Source: a virus. Taken from it: a DNA stretch of 64,000 bases. A program made the translations under genes and the position numbers. A model generated the notes under the pieces. The model made no database searches, had not been told where the DNA came from, and saw only the letters and a program-made list of their open reading frames with translations. Positions within the stretch are counted from its first letter, which is position 1, and every line of letters begins with the position of its first letter. Where the stretch lies: the IMG/VR virus record IMGVR_UViG_3300032087_004567. One strand, 5' to 3'. Positions 9,999-19,205 of this stretch are shown one piece after another.

Positions 9999-10503
9999 TG
10001 GTGTGCATGGTAGTGGTAAGACTACTTTACTTAATAATGAAATGTTTAGAAGTTGCACTAAATGCGATGAAGTAACTAGAACGGTTAAAAAAGAGTATAA
10101 CGTTGAGATAAACGAACAAGGTAATGATGTTACTCAGAAGTTAATTATGAGAGAACATATGGCAAATCTTATACTCAATAATAATATGGTAACTGATAGA
10201 ACTGTTATTGATTGTATGGCCTATACCCATTACCTTTATGATAATAAACAAGTAAGTAAAGATACGTTTAATTATATTTCTATGTGCTATAGTAAACTAG
10301 TTAAGAAATATGATCTTATATTTTATCTTGTACCAGTTGAAGATAAAATTGCCGATGATGGTGTTAGATCTACTAATGTAGAATTTAGAGATAAAATGAT
10401 AGAGTATTTTGAAAAGTATATTAATCATTTTAATGTAGTAAAGGTTAAAGGTGATTATAAAGAACGTATAAGGTTTTGTAGAGAAACTTTATGCTTATTT
10501 TAA
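9982..10503 (+). CDS. P-loop nucleotide kinase-like protein (AAA_28/NadR-type)
   Basis: GISGVHGSGKTT Walker A, DRTVID, YDLIFYL, DDGVR. Confidence 0.75.
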   Translation: MKIGISGVHGSGKTTLLNNEMFRSCTKCDEVTRTVKKEYNVEINEQGNDVTQKLIMREHMANLILNNNMVTDRTVIDCMAYTHYLYDNKQVSKDTFNYISMCYSKLVKKYDLIFYLVPVEDKIADDGVRSTNVEFRDKMIEYFEKYINHFNVVKVKGDYKERIRFCRETLCLF

Positions 10504-10512
10504 AGGAGAAGA

Positions 10513-11442
10513 ATGGATAATCAAAAGAAACTTAACGAACTAGTAAGTGTTCATTTAGGTAAAGCCGGGGATGGTTCAGTAGTTAAACCTTATGTAACCC
10601 CTGATGAAGTTGATCCTAGTTTACTTGTAGGTGTACCTAGACAATTAAATAGAACGCAATATGATTTAGATGATGGCAATCTACCTTTCGTCGGTTACGA
10701 CGTATGGAACGGCTATGAATTTTCAACTTTACTTACTAGTGGGTTTCCTGTATCGGGATGGGTTAAGTTTAGCTATAGTTCAAGTACACCTTTTATTGTA
10801 GAAAGTAAATCGGTTAAACTTTATCTTAACTCTTTTAATATGGCAAAGATAATTGAGACTGAAAAAGATATAGAAGTTATAGAGACTAAAATTAAGAATG
10901 ATATAGGTGAGGTAGTAAAAGGTGATGTTGACGTTAGAGTGTTTATTGATCCTAAGGAAACAAAAGAACCTTTTAAGAAACCTTTCTATAGTATAGAAAA
11001 ATTAGTTGATGTAGAAAATATAAAGTTTGATCGTTATAATGAATCTGAAGACATACTAAAAATCATACCCATGGGTGAATGTCCGTTGAAAGGATATTAT
11101 AGATCCTATTCGTTACGTTCTAATTGTAGGGTAACTAATCAACCTGATTGGGGTGATGTATACATTTATATCAAAGGTGCTATGACGGTAAGTTTAGAGT
11201 CATTATTACAATATATTGTTTCTATGAGAAGAGAGAATCATTTTCATGAGGAAATATGTGAATGTATCTATAAACGATTACATGATCTATTGTCACCTAT
11301 TGAGTTATTTGTTGGTTGTTTATATACTAGACGTGGTGGGATTGATATTAATCCTATTAGGGCAACATCTATGGAAACTGTTAAGGCAGTAAGTAATATT
11401 CATAATGTAAATAGACCATCAACTAAGACTGCAAGACAATGA
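10513..11442 (+). CDS. queF: NADPH-dependent 7-cyano-7-deazaguanine (preQ0) reductase, two-domain type
   Basis: QueF motif VESKSVKLYLNSF, catalytic RSNCRVTNQPDWG, FHEE, YTRRGGIDINP. Confidence 0.93.
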   Translation: MDNQKKLNELVSVHLGKAGDGSVVKPYVTPDEVDPSLLVGVPRQLNRTQYDLDDGNLPFVGYDVWNGYEFSTLLTSGFPVSGWVKFSYSSSTPFIVESKSVKLYLNSFNMAKIIETEKDIEVIETKIKNDIGEVVKGDVDVRVFIDPKETKEPFKKPFYSIEKLVDVENIKFDRYNESEDILKIIPMGECPLKGYYRSYSLRSNCRVTNQPDWGDVYIYIKGAMTVSLESLLQYIVSMRRENHFHEEICECIYKRLHDLLSPIELFVGCLYTRRGGIDINPIRATSMETVKAVSNIHNVNRPSTKTARQ

Positions 11443-11717
11443 TTGAATACAAATATAATGAACCTGAACATTTAGATAGTTTAAAGAAGTATATTGATAA
11501 TACCTATAATCAACATTATGCAAAAGGTAGTATACAGGCAACAGAATATATTATTGATTCGGGTTTAGGTAAAGGTTTTTGTATTGGGAATGTAATTAAG
11601 TATGCCTCCCGATATGGAAAGAAAGAGGGTAAGAATAAGAATGATTTATATAAAATCGTTCATTACATCATAATGGAACTAAATAGTTTAGATAAGGAAC
11701 AAAATGAATCTAAGTGA
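11439..11717 (+). CDS. DUF3310/SaV-like protein (T7 gp1.7 nucleotide-kinase-related family)
   Basis: QHY...IQATEYI...GFCIGNVIKYASRYGKKEG...DLYKIVHY. Confidence 0.8.
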   Translation: MIEYKYNEPEHLDSLKKYIDNTYNQHYAKGSIQATEYIIDSGLGKGFCIGNVIKYASRYGKKEGKNKNDLYKIVHYIIMELNSLDKEQNESK

Positions 11718-12459
11718 GGCTTTAAACGTATTACCGGACACCGATAACAAAGTTCTATCTGTACATTCCGGAGGTATGGATTCTTCTATAATGACTATGT
11801 TGTTGGTAGAAAAATATGGTAAAGACAAAGTGGAGACTGTTTCTTATCGGTACGGTCAGAAACAGGCTGAAGAACTAGTAAGAGCGCAGGAGTTCTGCAG
11901 AACGTTAGGTATCTTAAGACATGAACTAGATCTAACCATCTTAGGTTATATTGCAAGAGAAATCTCCGCTAACATTGTAGAGAGTCATATTAAGATGCCA
12001 ACCATTAAAGAGGTACTAGGAGATCCTCAGCCTAAGACCTACGTACCGTTTAGAAACTTAATTCTACTTTCTATGACTCTTGCCCAGGCCGAGGCAAGAA
12101 ACTGTAATTATATATTTACCGGATTACAAGTACATGATGAATATGGCTACTGGGATACATCACAGAAGTTTGTTGATAGTATAAATGCTGTTGCCGATCA
12201 AAATAGAACGCATAAGGTAAAAATTATTGCACCCTTTAGTCATTTATCTAAGTATGATGAAATAAAATTATGCCAGGAGATGGGTAAAGAAGAGTTATTA
12301 GAACATACTCTAACGTGTTATAATCCTGATTCAGAAGGAAGATCATGCGGTGTATGTCCTTCTTGTTCTGAACGTATTGCTAATTTTATTAAAGCAGGGG
12401 TAAGAGATCCAATAGTGTATGTAAAAGATTTGCCGTGGACACAATTATTAAATAAATAG
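11704..12459 (+). CDS. queC: 7-cyano-7-deazaguanine synthase
   Basis: SGGMDS PP-loop, YGQK, YVPFRN, TCY...CGVCPSCSER zinc site. Confidence 0.94.
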   Translation: MNLSEALNVLPDTDNKVLSVHSGGMDSSIMTMLLVEKYGKDKVETVSYRYGQKQAEELVRAQEFCRTLGILRHELDLTILGYIAREISANIVESHIKMPTIKEVLGDPQPKTYVPFRNLILLSMTLAQAEARNCNYIFTGLQVHDEYGYWDTSQKFVDSINAVADQNRTHKVKIIAPFSHLSKYDEIKLCQEMGKEELLEHTLTCYNPDSEGRSCGVCPSCSERIANFIKAGVRDPIVYVKDLPWTQLLNK

Positions 12460-12463
12460 TTAT

Positions 12464-12997
12464 ATGGCAAAATATAATCATAGAACTATACATACAGTAT
12501 ATCTTGATATGGATGGGGTTCTATGTGATTTCGATTCATATTACAGATCAATATACGGGGTAAATTGCAGAGATGACGATAATGAAGATAATTGGTACGA
12601 GTTTGTCAATAATCAAGGATTTCAAGAGCTCGATAGAATGCCAGGTTACGATGATCTGTTTTCAATGCTCAACGAGCTGTATGTGGATATCGAGATTCTT
12701 TCCTGTATTACTAGTAGGAAGAATAATAAAGAGGTTGCAAAACAAAAAGTAGAATGGTTATTTAGAAATAGTTTAGAAAATAATGTAATTAACTTTACTA
12801 TAACAAAACAAGGTAAAGGTAATTATGCTAATCCAAATGTATTGCTGATTGATGATTCTGATGAATGTATTTCAGCATTTAAACAAAGTGGGGGGTATGC
12901 TTTAAAGTATACCGGTATTGATAAGCTAAAATTTGAGATTGAATATTTATTAAGTGAAGATATATTATGTGTGCGATCGTTGGGTCATTTCAGTTAG
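12464..12997 (+). CDS. HAD-family 5'(3')-deoxyribonucleotidase
   Basis: YLDMDGVLCDF, KVEWL and LLIDD motifs. Confidence 0.8.
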   Translation: MAKYNHRTIHTVYLDMDGVLCDFDSYYRSIYGVNCRDDDNEDNWYEFVNNQGFQELDRMPGYDDLFSMLNELYVDIEILSCITSRKNNKEVAKQKVEWLFRNSLENNVINFTITKQGKGNYANPNVLLIDDSDECISAFKQSGGYALKYTGIDKLKFEIEYLLSEDILCVRSLGHFS

Positions 12998-13590
12998 ATA
13001 AACTTAAAGAACTAATCAAGTTAAATTCCTATAGAGGTTCTCATTCATACTCTATATCGTTTTATGATATAGAAAATGGTACGTTGAATAATGTTATAAA
13101 AGACTTTGGTGAATTAGATGTTGATACTATAAGAATACCTTATGGTGATTATTGTATAGCACATATACAAGCGCCTACAACAACTAAAAAAGATAAAGAT
13201 TCAATTCATCCGGCAACTGTCGATGATTGTTATCTATGGCATAATGGTATAATAAAAGAAATGACAATTGAGAAGTTTAGTAAAGAGTATAATACTAAAT
13301 GGGATACTAAGTTACTACTTGAAGGAATTAAAAAAGTAGGTTATAATATACTCAATGAAATGGATGGTACGTTTAGTTGTTTAATGTATAAAGATAAGAA
13401 TTTATTATTATTTCGTAATGAAATATCTCCGATGTTTATAGATGATGATTTTAATATTTCATCAACGAAGTTTGATAATAGTAGAGAAACAGATCCTAAT
13501 AAAGTTATACAAATGGATCTAAAGAATAAAAGTCTACAAACAGTAGATAGATTTAAAACGTATTTTAACCCTTATTACTTTGGAGATTAA
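12967..13590 (+). CDS. class II (Ntn) glutamine amidotransferase-like protein
   Basis: N-terminal MCAIVG nucleophile, RG, IHP, LWHNGII, WDT. Confidence 0.8.
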   Translation: MCAIVGSFQLDKLKELIKLNSYRGSHSYSISFYDIENGTLNNVIKDFGELDVDTIRIPYGDYCIAHIQAPTTTKKDKDSIHPATVDDCYLWHNGIIKEMTIEKFSKEYNTKWDTKLLLEGIKKVGYNILNEMDGTFSCLMYKDKNLLLFRNEISPMFIDDDFNISSTKFDNSRETDPNKVIQMDLKNKSLQTVDRFKTYFNPYYFGD

Positions 13591-13939
13591 TGTGAGTAAT
13601 TTTACAAGAATAAAAGAATGGTCTGATGAAAGACTTATTACCCAACAAGAACCTGATCGTAATGGTTTTATTTCTATGATAGTAGAAGAGTGTGGTGAGT
13701 TTTTAGCAGCTGAATCTACAGAAGGTAGAATAGATGCAATGGCCGATATGATTGTATTTTGTTATGGTGAAATAGCAAAGTATGGATATGATGGTGATAA
13801 AGTTATGGATGAGGTAATTAAAGAGATAAGTTCTCGTACTGGTTCATATAGTCCTGAAACTAAGAAGTGGCAAAAGGATAAATCTCCAGAAGCACAAGCA
13901 AAGTGGTATTCTGCTAATTTTAATAATTGTAAGTTATAA
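13580..13939 (+). CDS. MazG/all-alpha NTP pyrophosphatase-like protein
   Basis: VEECGEF...IDAMADMIV acidic EExxE...DxxxD pattern; start codon uncertain. Confidence 0.65.
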   Translation: MEINVSNFTRIKEWSDERLITQQEPDRNGFISMIVEECGEFLAAESTEGRIDAMADMIVFCYGEIAKYGYDGDKVMDEVIKEISSRTGSYSPETKKWQKDKSPEAQAKWYSANFNNCKL

Positions 13940-13948
13940 TGAAGAAAG

Positions 13949-14812
13949 GTGACTATGAAAATAGAAATTAATATTAATGAGCTGAGAAAGGCAAAGCTCT
14001 TTGTAGCTACTCCTATGTATGGTGGTCAATGTGCAGGGTTGTATACAAAGTCTATTGCCGATCTATCAGCATTATGTGCAAAGTATGGCTTGCAATTGCA
14101 ACTGTATTATTTGTTTAATGAGTCGTTGATTACTAGAGCTAGAAACTACTGCTGTGATGAGTTTCTAAGAAGTGGTGCAACACATTTACTATTCTTAGAT
14201 TCTGATATTGGTTTTAATCCGCATGATGTTATTGCTATGTTAACGTTAATGTTACAGAATCCTGGTAAGTTTGACATTATGGGTGCGCCTTATCCTAAGA
14301 AATGTATCTCATGGGAGAAGATTTTACAGGCGGTTAATAAAGGTGTTGCTGATGAGAATCCTAACGAGTTAGATAACTTTGTTGGTGATTTTGTATTTAA
14401 TCCTAAAGGTGGTGCACAAACTATACCATTAGGTGAACCTGCCGAGGTAATGGAGCTAGGTACTGGCTTTATGATGATACAGAGGGAAGTATTTAAGAAG
14501 TATGACGAGAAGTTTCCTGAGTTAAAATATAAACCTGATCATGTTCGTACTGAGCATTTTGATGGTACAAGAGAAATTATGGCATACTTTGATTGTATTA
14601 TCGATCCTAAGTCTAAGAGGTATCTATCTGAAGATTATATGTTCTGTTATAATGCTGAAAAGGCTGGTATTAGAACTTGGTTATGTCCTTGGATGAAAAC
14701 TACCCATGTTGGTTCTTATATGTTTGGTGGAAGCTTAAGCCATCTTGCAACTGTGGGGGCATCTGCTACTGCCGATCCTGGTAAACTTAAAAAGAAAGGT
14801 GCCATAAAATGA
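13949..14812 (+). CDS. GT-A fold glycosyltransferase-like protein
   Basis: ATPMYGG, NESLITRARN, FLDSD (DxD), GTGFMMI, LSEDYMFC. Confidence 0.7.
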   Translation: MTMKIEININELRKAKLFVATPMYGGQCAGLYTKSIADLSALCAKYGLQLQLYYLFNESLITRARNYCCDEFLRSGATHLLFLDSDIGFNPHDVIAMLTLMLQNPGKFDIMGAPYPKKCISWEKILQAVNKGVADENPNELDNFVGDFVFNPKGGAQTIPLGEPAEVMELGTGFMMIQREVFKKYDEKFPELKYKPDHVRTEHFDGTREIMAYFDCIIDPKSKRYLSEDYMFCYNAEKAGIRTWLCPWMKTTHVGSYMFGGSLSHLATVGASATADPGKLKKKGAIK

Positions 14813-15495
14813 TGAAACTAGAAGGACGTACGCTTCAGATACTTAAAAATTATGCTACTATAAATCCTTCTTTGCAGTTTAAAGAAGGGGATAGTAATGG
14901 TAGTGTTTTAGTTACTGTATCTCCTAATAAGACTGTAATGGCTAAAGCTAAAGTTACAGAGTCTATTCCATCACCTTTTGCAATTTATGATCTATCTAGA
15001 TTTTTAGGTGTATTATCTTTATTTGATAAACCTAATATAAAGTTAGAAGATAAGTTTTTGGTTGTTAACTCTGGTAATAACTCAGGTAGAACAGTAAAGT
15101 ATACTTATGCCGATCCTAAACTTATAGTTGCACCTGGTGATAAAGAAATTAAACTACCTGATCCAGAAATTAAATTTCAACTTAGTAGTGATGTGTTACT
15201 AAGTGTATTAAGGGCTATGTCTGTTATGGGACTACCCGAACTATCTATTACTGGTGAAGATGGTAATATGTTTATTGAGGCGATAGATTCTAAGAATCCA
15301 TCTTCTGATAATTATAGAGTACCTGTTGGTAGTACTAATGATGTATTTAAAATGATATTTTTAGCTGAGAATATAAAAATTCTTCCTGAAGATTATGATA
15401 TAGAAATCTCTTCTAAAGGTATCGCTCACTTTAAAGGAAAGGATATTGAATATTGGATAGCTACTGAAAGTAGTTCAACTTATACAAAAGGTTAA
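14809..15495 (+). CDS. gp45: DNA polymerase sliding clamp gp45
   Basis: ILKNYATINPS, FAIYDLSRFL, YWIATE; precedes gp44. Confidence 0.93.
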   Translation: MMKLEGRTLQILKNYATINPSLQFKEGDSNGSVLVTVSPNKTVMAKAKVTESIPSPFAIYDLSRFLGVLSLFDKPNIKLEDKFLVVNSGNNSGRTVKYTYADPKLIVAPGDKEIKLPDPEIKFQLSSDVLLSVLRAMSVMGLPELSITGEDGNMFIEAIDSKNPSSDNYRVPVGSTNDVFKMIFLAENIKILPEDYDIEISSKGIAHFKGKDIEYWIATESSSTYTKG

Positions 15496-15501
15496 TATAT
15501 T

Positions 15502-16443
15502 ATGCTAAATGATGAAATGCTCTGGGGGCAGAAATATCGCCCTAGAACAGTAAGTGATACGATTTTACCTAACGAATTGAAAGATACTTTTCAAGAGTTT
15601 GTAAATCAAAAGAATGTACCTAATTTACTTTTATCTGGTTCTCCAGGTACTGGTAAAACTACAGCTGCAAAAGCTATGTTAGAAGAAGTAGATTGTGATT
15701 ATATTGTTATTAACGGTAGTTTAAATGGTAATATTGATACGTTAAGAAATGATATAAAGTCATTTGCATCTGCTGTATCTTTATCTGGTGGTAGAAAATA
15801 TGTAATACTAGATGAAGCTGATTATCTAAATCCTAATTCAACTCAACCTGCTCTTCGTAACTTTATGGAAGAGTATTCTAAGAATTGTGGTTTTATTCTA
15901 ACGTGTAACTTTAAGAATAGAATTATAGAACCTCTACATTCAAGATGTGGTGTTGTTGAATTTAAAATACCTAAACAAGATAAACCTAAACTTGCTAAAA
16001 GTTTCTTTCAAAGAGTTAAAGAAATATTAGATCAAGAAAATATTGAGTATGATCAAAAGGTAGTTGCCTCTTTAGTACAGAAACATTTTCCAGACTTCAG
16101 AAGAACTATAAATGAACTGCAAAGATATTCTGCTACCGGTAAAATAGATTCAGGTATACTATCTAATCATAAAGAAGAATCGTTGAAGATGGTTATGGGT
16201 TTATTGAAAGAGAAAAACTTTACTGAGGTTAGAAAATGGGTAGGTGAAAATTCTGATGTTGATACTACTACATTTTTTAGAAGTTTATATGATACAGCAT
16301 CTGAATTTTTAAAGCCTGCATCTATACCTCAGTTAGTTTTACTATTAGCTGATTATCAATATAAGGCTGCATTTGTAGCTGATCCTGAAATTAATATTAT
16401 GGCCTGCTTAACTGAAATAATGGTTGAAGCAGAATTTAAATAG
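15502..16443 (+). CDS. gp44: clamp loader large subunit gp44
   Basis: KYRP, GSPGTGKTT, ILDEAD, PLHSRC, FPDFRR. Confidence 0.95.
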   Translation: MLNDEMLWGQKYRPRTVSDTILPNELKDTFQEFVNQKNVPNLLLSGSPGTGKTTAAKAMLEEVDCDYIVINGSLNGNIDTLRNDIKSFASAVSLSGGRKYVILDEADYLNPNSTQPALRNFMEEYSKNCGFILTCNFKNRIIEPLHSRCGVVEFKIPKQDKPKLAKSFFQRVKEILDQENIEYDQKVVASLVQKHFPDFRRTINELQRYSATGKIDSGILSNHKEESLKMVMGLLKEKNFTEVRKWVGENSDVDTTTFFRSLYDTASEFLKPASIPQLVLLLADYQYKAAFVADPEINIMACLTEIMVEAEFK

Positions 16444-17021
16444 TGGGTAAAGTAGGAGTATTAATTTCTGGTACTGGATCTAATCTTAAAGCTCTTGTGG
16501 ATGCTTTAGTCCCAATAGCTTGGGTTGGATCCAACAATCCAGATGCAAAAGGTTTGGATTTTGCTCATAAGAAGAACATCCATACCTTTGTGGAACCAAA
16601 GATTGCCGAACTTGAAAAGATCTTAGATCATTTTATGAAAGAGGTTGAGTTTTTGGTTCTTGCAGGTTTTATGAGAGTACTATCTCCTGAATTTGTGAAG
16701 AAGTATCCCAAAAGGATTATAAATATTCATCCAAGTTTGTTACCTGCATTCAAAGGTAAGGATGCTATTCGTAGAGCATATGATTATGGTTGTAAAGTTA
16801 TGGGTGTTACTATCCATTATGTTAATGAGAAAGTAGATGAAGGTGAGATCATTGCACAAGAACCTCTTTGGATTGTGAATACAATTTTAAATCATAATGC
16901 ACAACATACTAATCAAGTACGATATACTTACAAAGAAGTCGAACAACAAGTTCATAAGCTAGAACATAGTATGTATCACAAAGTCGTTCGAGATATGTTA
17001 GGTATTGGTGGTTGGGGATAA
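16443..17021 (+). CDS. purN: phosphoribosylglycinamide formyltransferase
   Basis: LISGTGSNL, VLAGFMRVL, INIHPSLLP, GVTIHYV, VDEGEII. Confidence 0.92.
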   Translation: MGKVGVLISGTGSNLKALVDALVPIAWVGSNNPDAKGLDFAHKKNIHTFVEPKIAELEKILDHFMKEVEFLVLAGFMRVLSPEFVKKYPKRIINIHPSLLPAFKGKDAIRRAYDYGCKVMGVTIHYVNEKVDEGEIIAQEPLWIVNTILNHNAQHTNQVRYTYKEVEQQVHKLEHSMYHKVVRDMLGIGGWG

Positions 17022-17024
17022 GAT

Positions 17025-17174
17025 ATGTTTAGAGTTTATTTTTTTGAAACGGATTGTTTTCATGATGTTACTTTTAAGACACTAGAAGATGCAAGAGAGT
17101 GTGCAAAGAAAACAGGATATCATGCAAACATTTTTGAAGGTGATAATTATATTGAAACAATTAAGGGAAAATGA
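17025..17174 (+). CDS. small hypothetical protein (49 aa, not in the ORF track)
   Basis: MFRVYFFETDCF...IKGK fills the gap between purN and the next ORF with an ATGA overlap. Confidence 0.5.
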   Translation: MFRVYFFETDCFHDVTFKTLEDARECAKKTGYHANIFEGDNYIETIKGK

Positions 17175-17368
17175 TTATGAAAATTATAAGTGAATATTTT
17201 TTTGAAGATAATGAAAACAAACAAGCAGTAATAGTTGAAGAAGAAAAAGGATACTTCGTCCATATAAAAGAAAATACTAAGACTATTAAAATTATAGATG
17301 TATCAGATCATTCATTACGATATGCTGAAGATACAGCTGAAAACTATTGCCTAGGTATTGCTAAATGA
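17171..17368 (+). CDS. hypothetical protein
   Basis: ORF with C-terminal HSLRYAEDTAENY; translationally coupled to its neighbours. Confidence 0.6.
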   Translation: MIMKIISEYFFEDNENKQAVIVEEEKGYFVHIKENTKTIKIIDVSDHSLRYAEDTAENYCLGIAK

Positions 17369-17748
17369 AACCTTTTGATTTTGTTAATAGTATCAATATC
17401 ACAAAGAAAAACTTAATGAAAGGTAGTTACAATGATGAACTATCAGAGAAGGCGTATATACCCTTTTTAACTAATAGATCTCTATCATATTTCACAGATA
17501 CTCTATTATATGCTAATGAAATGAATAGATATCCTACATTAGACAATAAGCTTCAATATGAGTATCTCCTAAATAGTATTAGAACTAAGAAAAGATTTAG
17601 TAAATGGTTTAAAAAAGGAGATGCTAAACAATTAGAATTAATTGCAAAGTATTTAAAAGTCAGTCTACGAGAAGCTAAAGAGTACCAGAAAGTACTTACC
17701 GATAATCAAAAAGAACAAATAGAAAAGCAATTCGAAGACTTAGAATAA
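17365..17748 (+). CDS. gp62: clamp loader small subunit gp62
   Basis: PFDFVNSI, YIPFLTNRSLS, ANEMN, KKRFSKW. Confidence 0.92.
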   Translation: MKPFDFVNSINITKKNLMKGSYNDELSEKAYIPFLTNRSLSYFTDTLLYANEMNRYPTLDNKLQYEYLLNSIRTKKRFSKWFKKGDAKQLELIAKYLKVSLREAKEYQKVLTDNQKEQIEKQFEDLE

Positions 17749-17766
17749 GAATAAGAGAAAGTAATT

Positions 17767-18165
17767 ATGGAACTGTTAGATAGTTTAGTTGAAGTGAAGC
17801 TCGTTAAGGAAGACGATTTTCTCAAAGTTAGAGAAACCCTTACACGTATAGGCGTCGCTTCAAGAAAAGATAAAATTTTATATCAGTCCTGTCACATACT
17901 TCATAAACAGGGAAGATATTACATTGTACATTTTAAAGAATTATTTGCGCTAGATGGCAAGCCAACTAACTTTACCGATGATGATAAAGGTAGAAGAAAT
18001 GCTATTGCTAACTTAATAGCTGAATGGGGTCTAGTACAACTCATTAATCCATCAAAGTCAAAAGATCCAATTGCACCTTTATCACAGATTAAAATTCTTC
18101 CGCATAAAGATAAAGATGGTTGGGAACTAGTTGCAAAGTATAATATAGGCAAAAAAAGTAGTTGA
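17767..18165 (+). CDS. regA: translational repressor RegA
   Basis: DDFLKVRETLTRIGVAS, LYQSCHILHKQGRYYIVHFKELFALDG. Confidence 0.97.
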   Translation: MELLDSLVEVKLVKEDDFLKVRETLTRIGVASRKDKILYQSCHILHKQGRYYIVHFKELFALDGKPTNFTDDDKGRRNAIANLIAEWGLVQLINPSKSKDPIAPLSQIKILPHKDKDGWELVAKYNIGKKSS

Positions 18166-18190
18166 TTTAATTTATTGTCTATATTATAAT
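18162..18190 (+). promoter_or_regulatory. early sigma70-type promoter
   Basis: TTGATT-N17-TATAAT. Confidence 0.8.
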
Positions 18191-18217
18191 TATAGTATAT
18201 AACTTGTGAGGTGTATT

Positions 18218-18622
18218 ATGGCAATGATTTATACTAATACTAGTAGTAGACGTACTAGACGTAAACAACATTTGAAGAATAAAGCAGCTTATGAAGAGCA
18301 GCAAAGAAGCTATGGTAATGATCCTAGAAAAAAATATAAACCTAGTGAAAAAATATCTGGCTTTAGTGTTGTAGGCAATATAAATAAGCGTGTAGGTTAT
18401 GACGATCATGATAAGATTCCTTCTCTGAATCCTAAACAAGTGTCGAGCATGTATAAGACTAAAGTAAAATATACAGGTGAGATGGCTGAAAGAGAGAAGA
18501 AAGCTCAGGAAGAAATAGCTTACAAAAAAACGTGCGTTGCTTCATTACATAAATCGAACTTTATTTATGTGACGCCAGGGATTAATCCTTCCGGTCTCGG
18601 ACGGAAGAATGAAACTCTTTAA
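18218..18622 (+). CDS. basic hypothetical protein
   Basis: ORF after the promoter with GAGG RBS; KYTG...LHKSN motif. Confidence 0.6.
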   Translation: MAMIYTNTSSRRTRRKQHLKNKAAYEEQQRSYGNDPRKKYKPSEKISGFSVVGNINKRVGYDDHDKIPSLNPKQVSSMYKTKVKYTGEMAEREKKAQEEIAYKKTCVASLHKSNFIYVTPGINPSGLGRKNETL

Positions 18623-18640
18623 TGAAGAAATTGTAAAACT

Positions 18641-18698
18641 GTAAATGCCCATTTTGGGGTTTACTTATTTTAAACTTGCTTAAAAGGAGAAAACTATG
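18641..18698 (+). promoter_or_regulatory. ROSE-like RNA thermometer in the hsp20 5' UTR
   Basis: Hairpin at 18641-18664, then CUUGCU-UAAA-AGGAG, in which the U(U/C)GCU motif pairs with the SD with a bulged G. Confidence 0.6.
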
Positions 18699-19205
18699 AC
18701 GTTCGACGACGTATTTCATTTTGGTTCTAAAGACTTAGATAAATTCTTTATAGGTTCTAATAACCCGTTTACAAGAGTAAACAAAATATATGATGAGGTG
18801 CAAAGATCATCTTATCCTCCATATAATATTAAGAGACTTGGCGATGACAAGTTCTCAATTGAATTAGCTGTTGCAGGGTTTACCCAATCAGATATTGATA
18901 TTGAGGTAGTACCTGAAGAAAACAAATTAGTAGTAAGTGGTAAGAGCGATGATAACAGTTCTGATTACTTACATAGAGGTATAGCTAATAGGGCGTTCAC
19001 AAGATCATTTGCATTAGATGAACATGTTGAAGTAAGATCTGCAGATCTATCTAACGGTATGTTGATAATTAACTTAGAGAGAATAGTTCCAGAGCATAAA
19101 AAACCTAGAAAGATTAAGGTCAACGATGCCATAGAGCACTCCTCCAAGCAGCTACTTACGGAGGATAAAAATGCAGAAATCAAAACTAAAGAGAAGGTTG
19201 CGTAA
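18696..19205 (+). CDS. hsp20: small heat-shock protein (Hsp20/IbpA family)
   Basis: SYPPYNI, IELAVAGF, YLHRGIANRAFTRSF, NGML. Confidence 0.95.
   Translation: MTFDDVFHFGSKDLDKFFIGSNNPFTRVNKIYDEVQRSSYPPYNIKRLGDDKFSIELAVAGFTQSDIDIEVVPEENKLVVSGKSDDNSSDYLHRGIANRAFTRSFALDEHVEVRSADLSNGMLIINLERIVPEHKKPRKIKVNDAIEHSSKQLLTEDKNAEIKTKEKVA

Noticed and set aside
5505-12459. que genes as a host tRNA-queuosine auxiliary pathway
   Set aside because: There is no queA/queG/queH or canonical zinc-binding tgt in the window. Linkage to a DpdA-like gene, nucleotide enzymes and replication genes favours DNA modification, though this is not proven.
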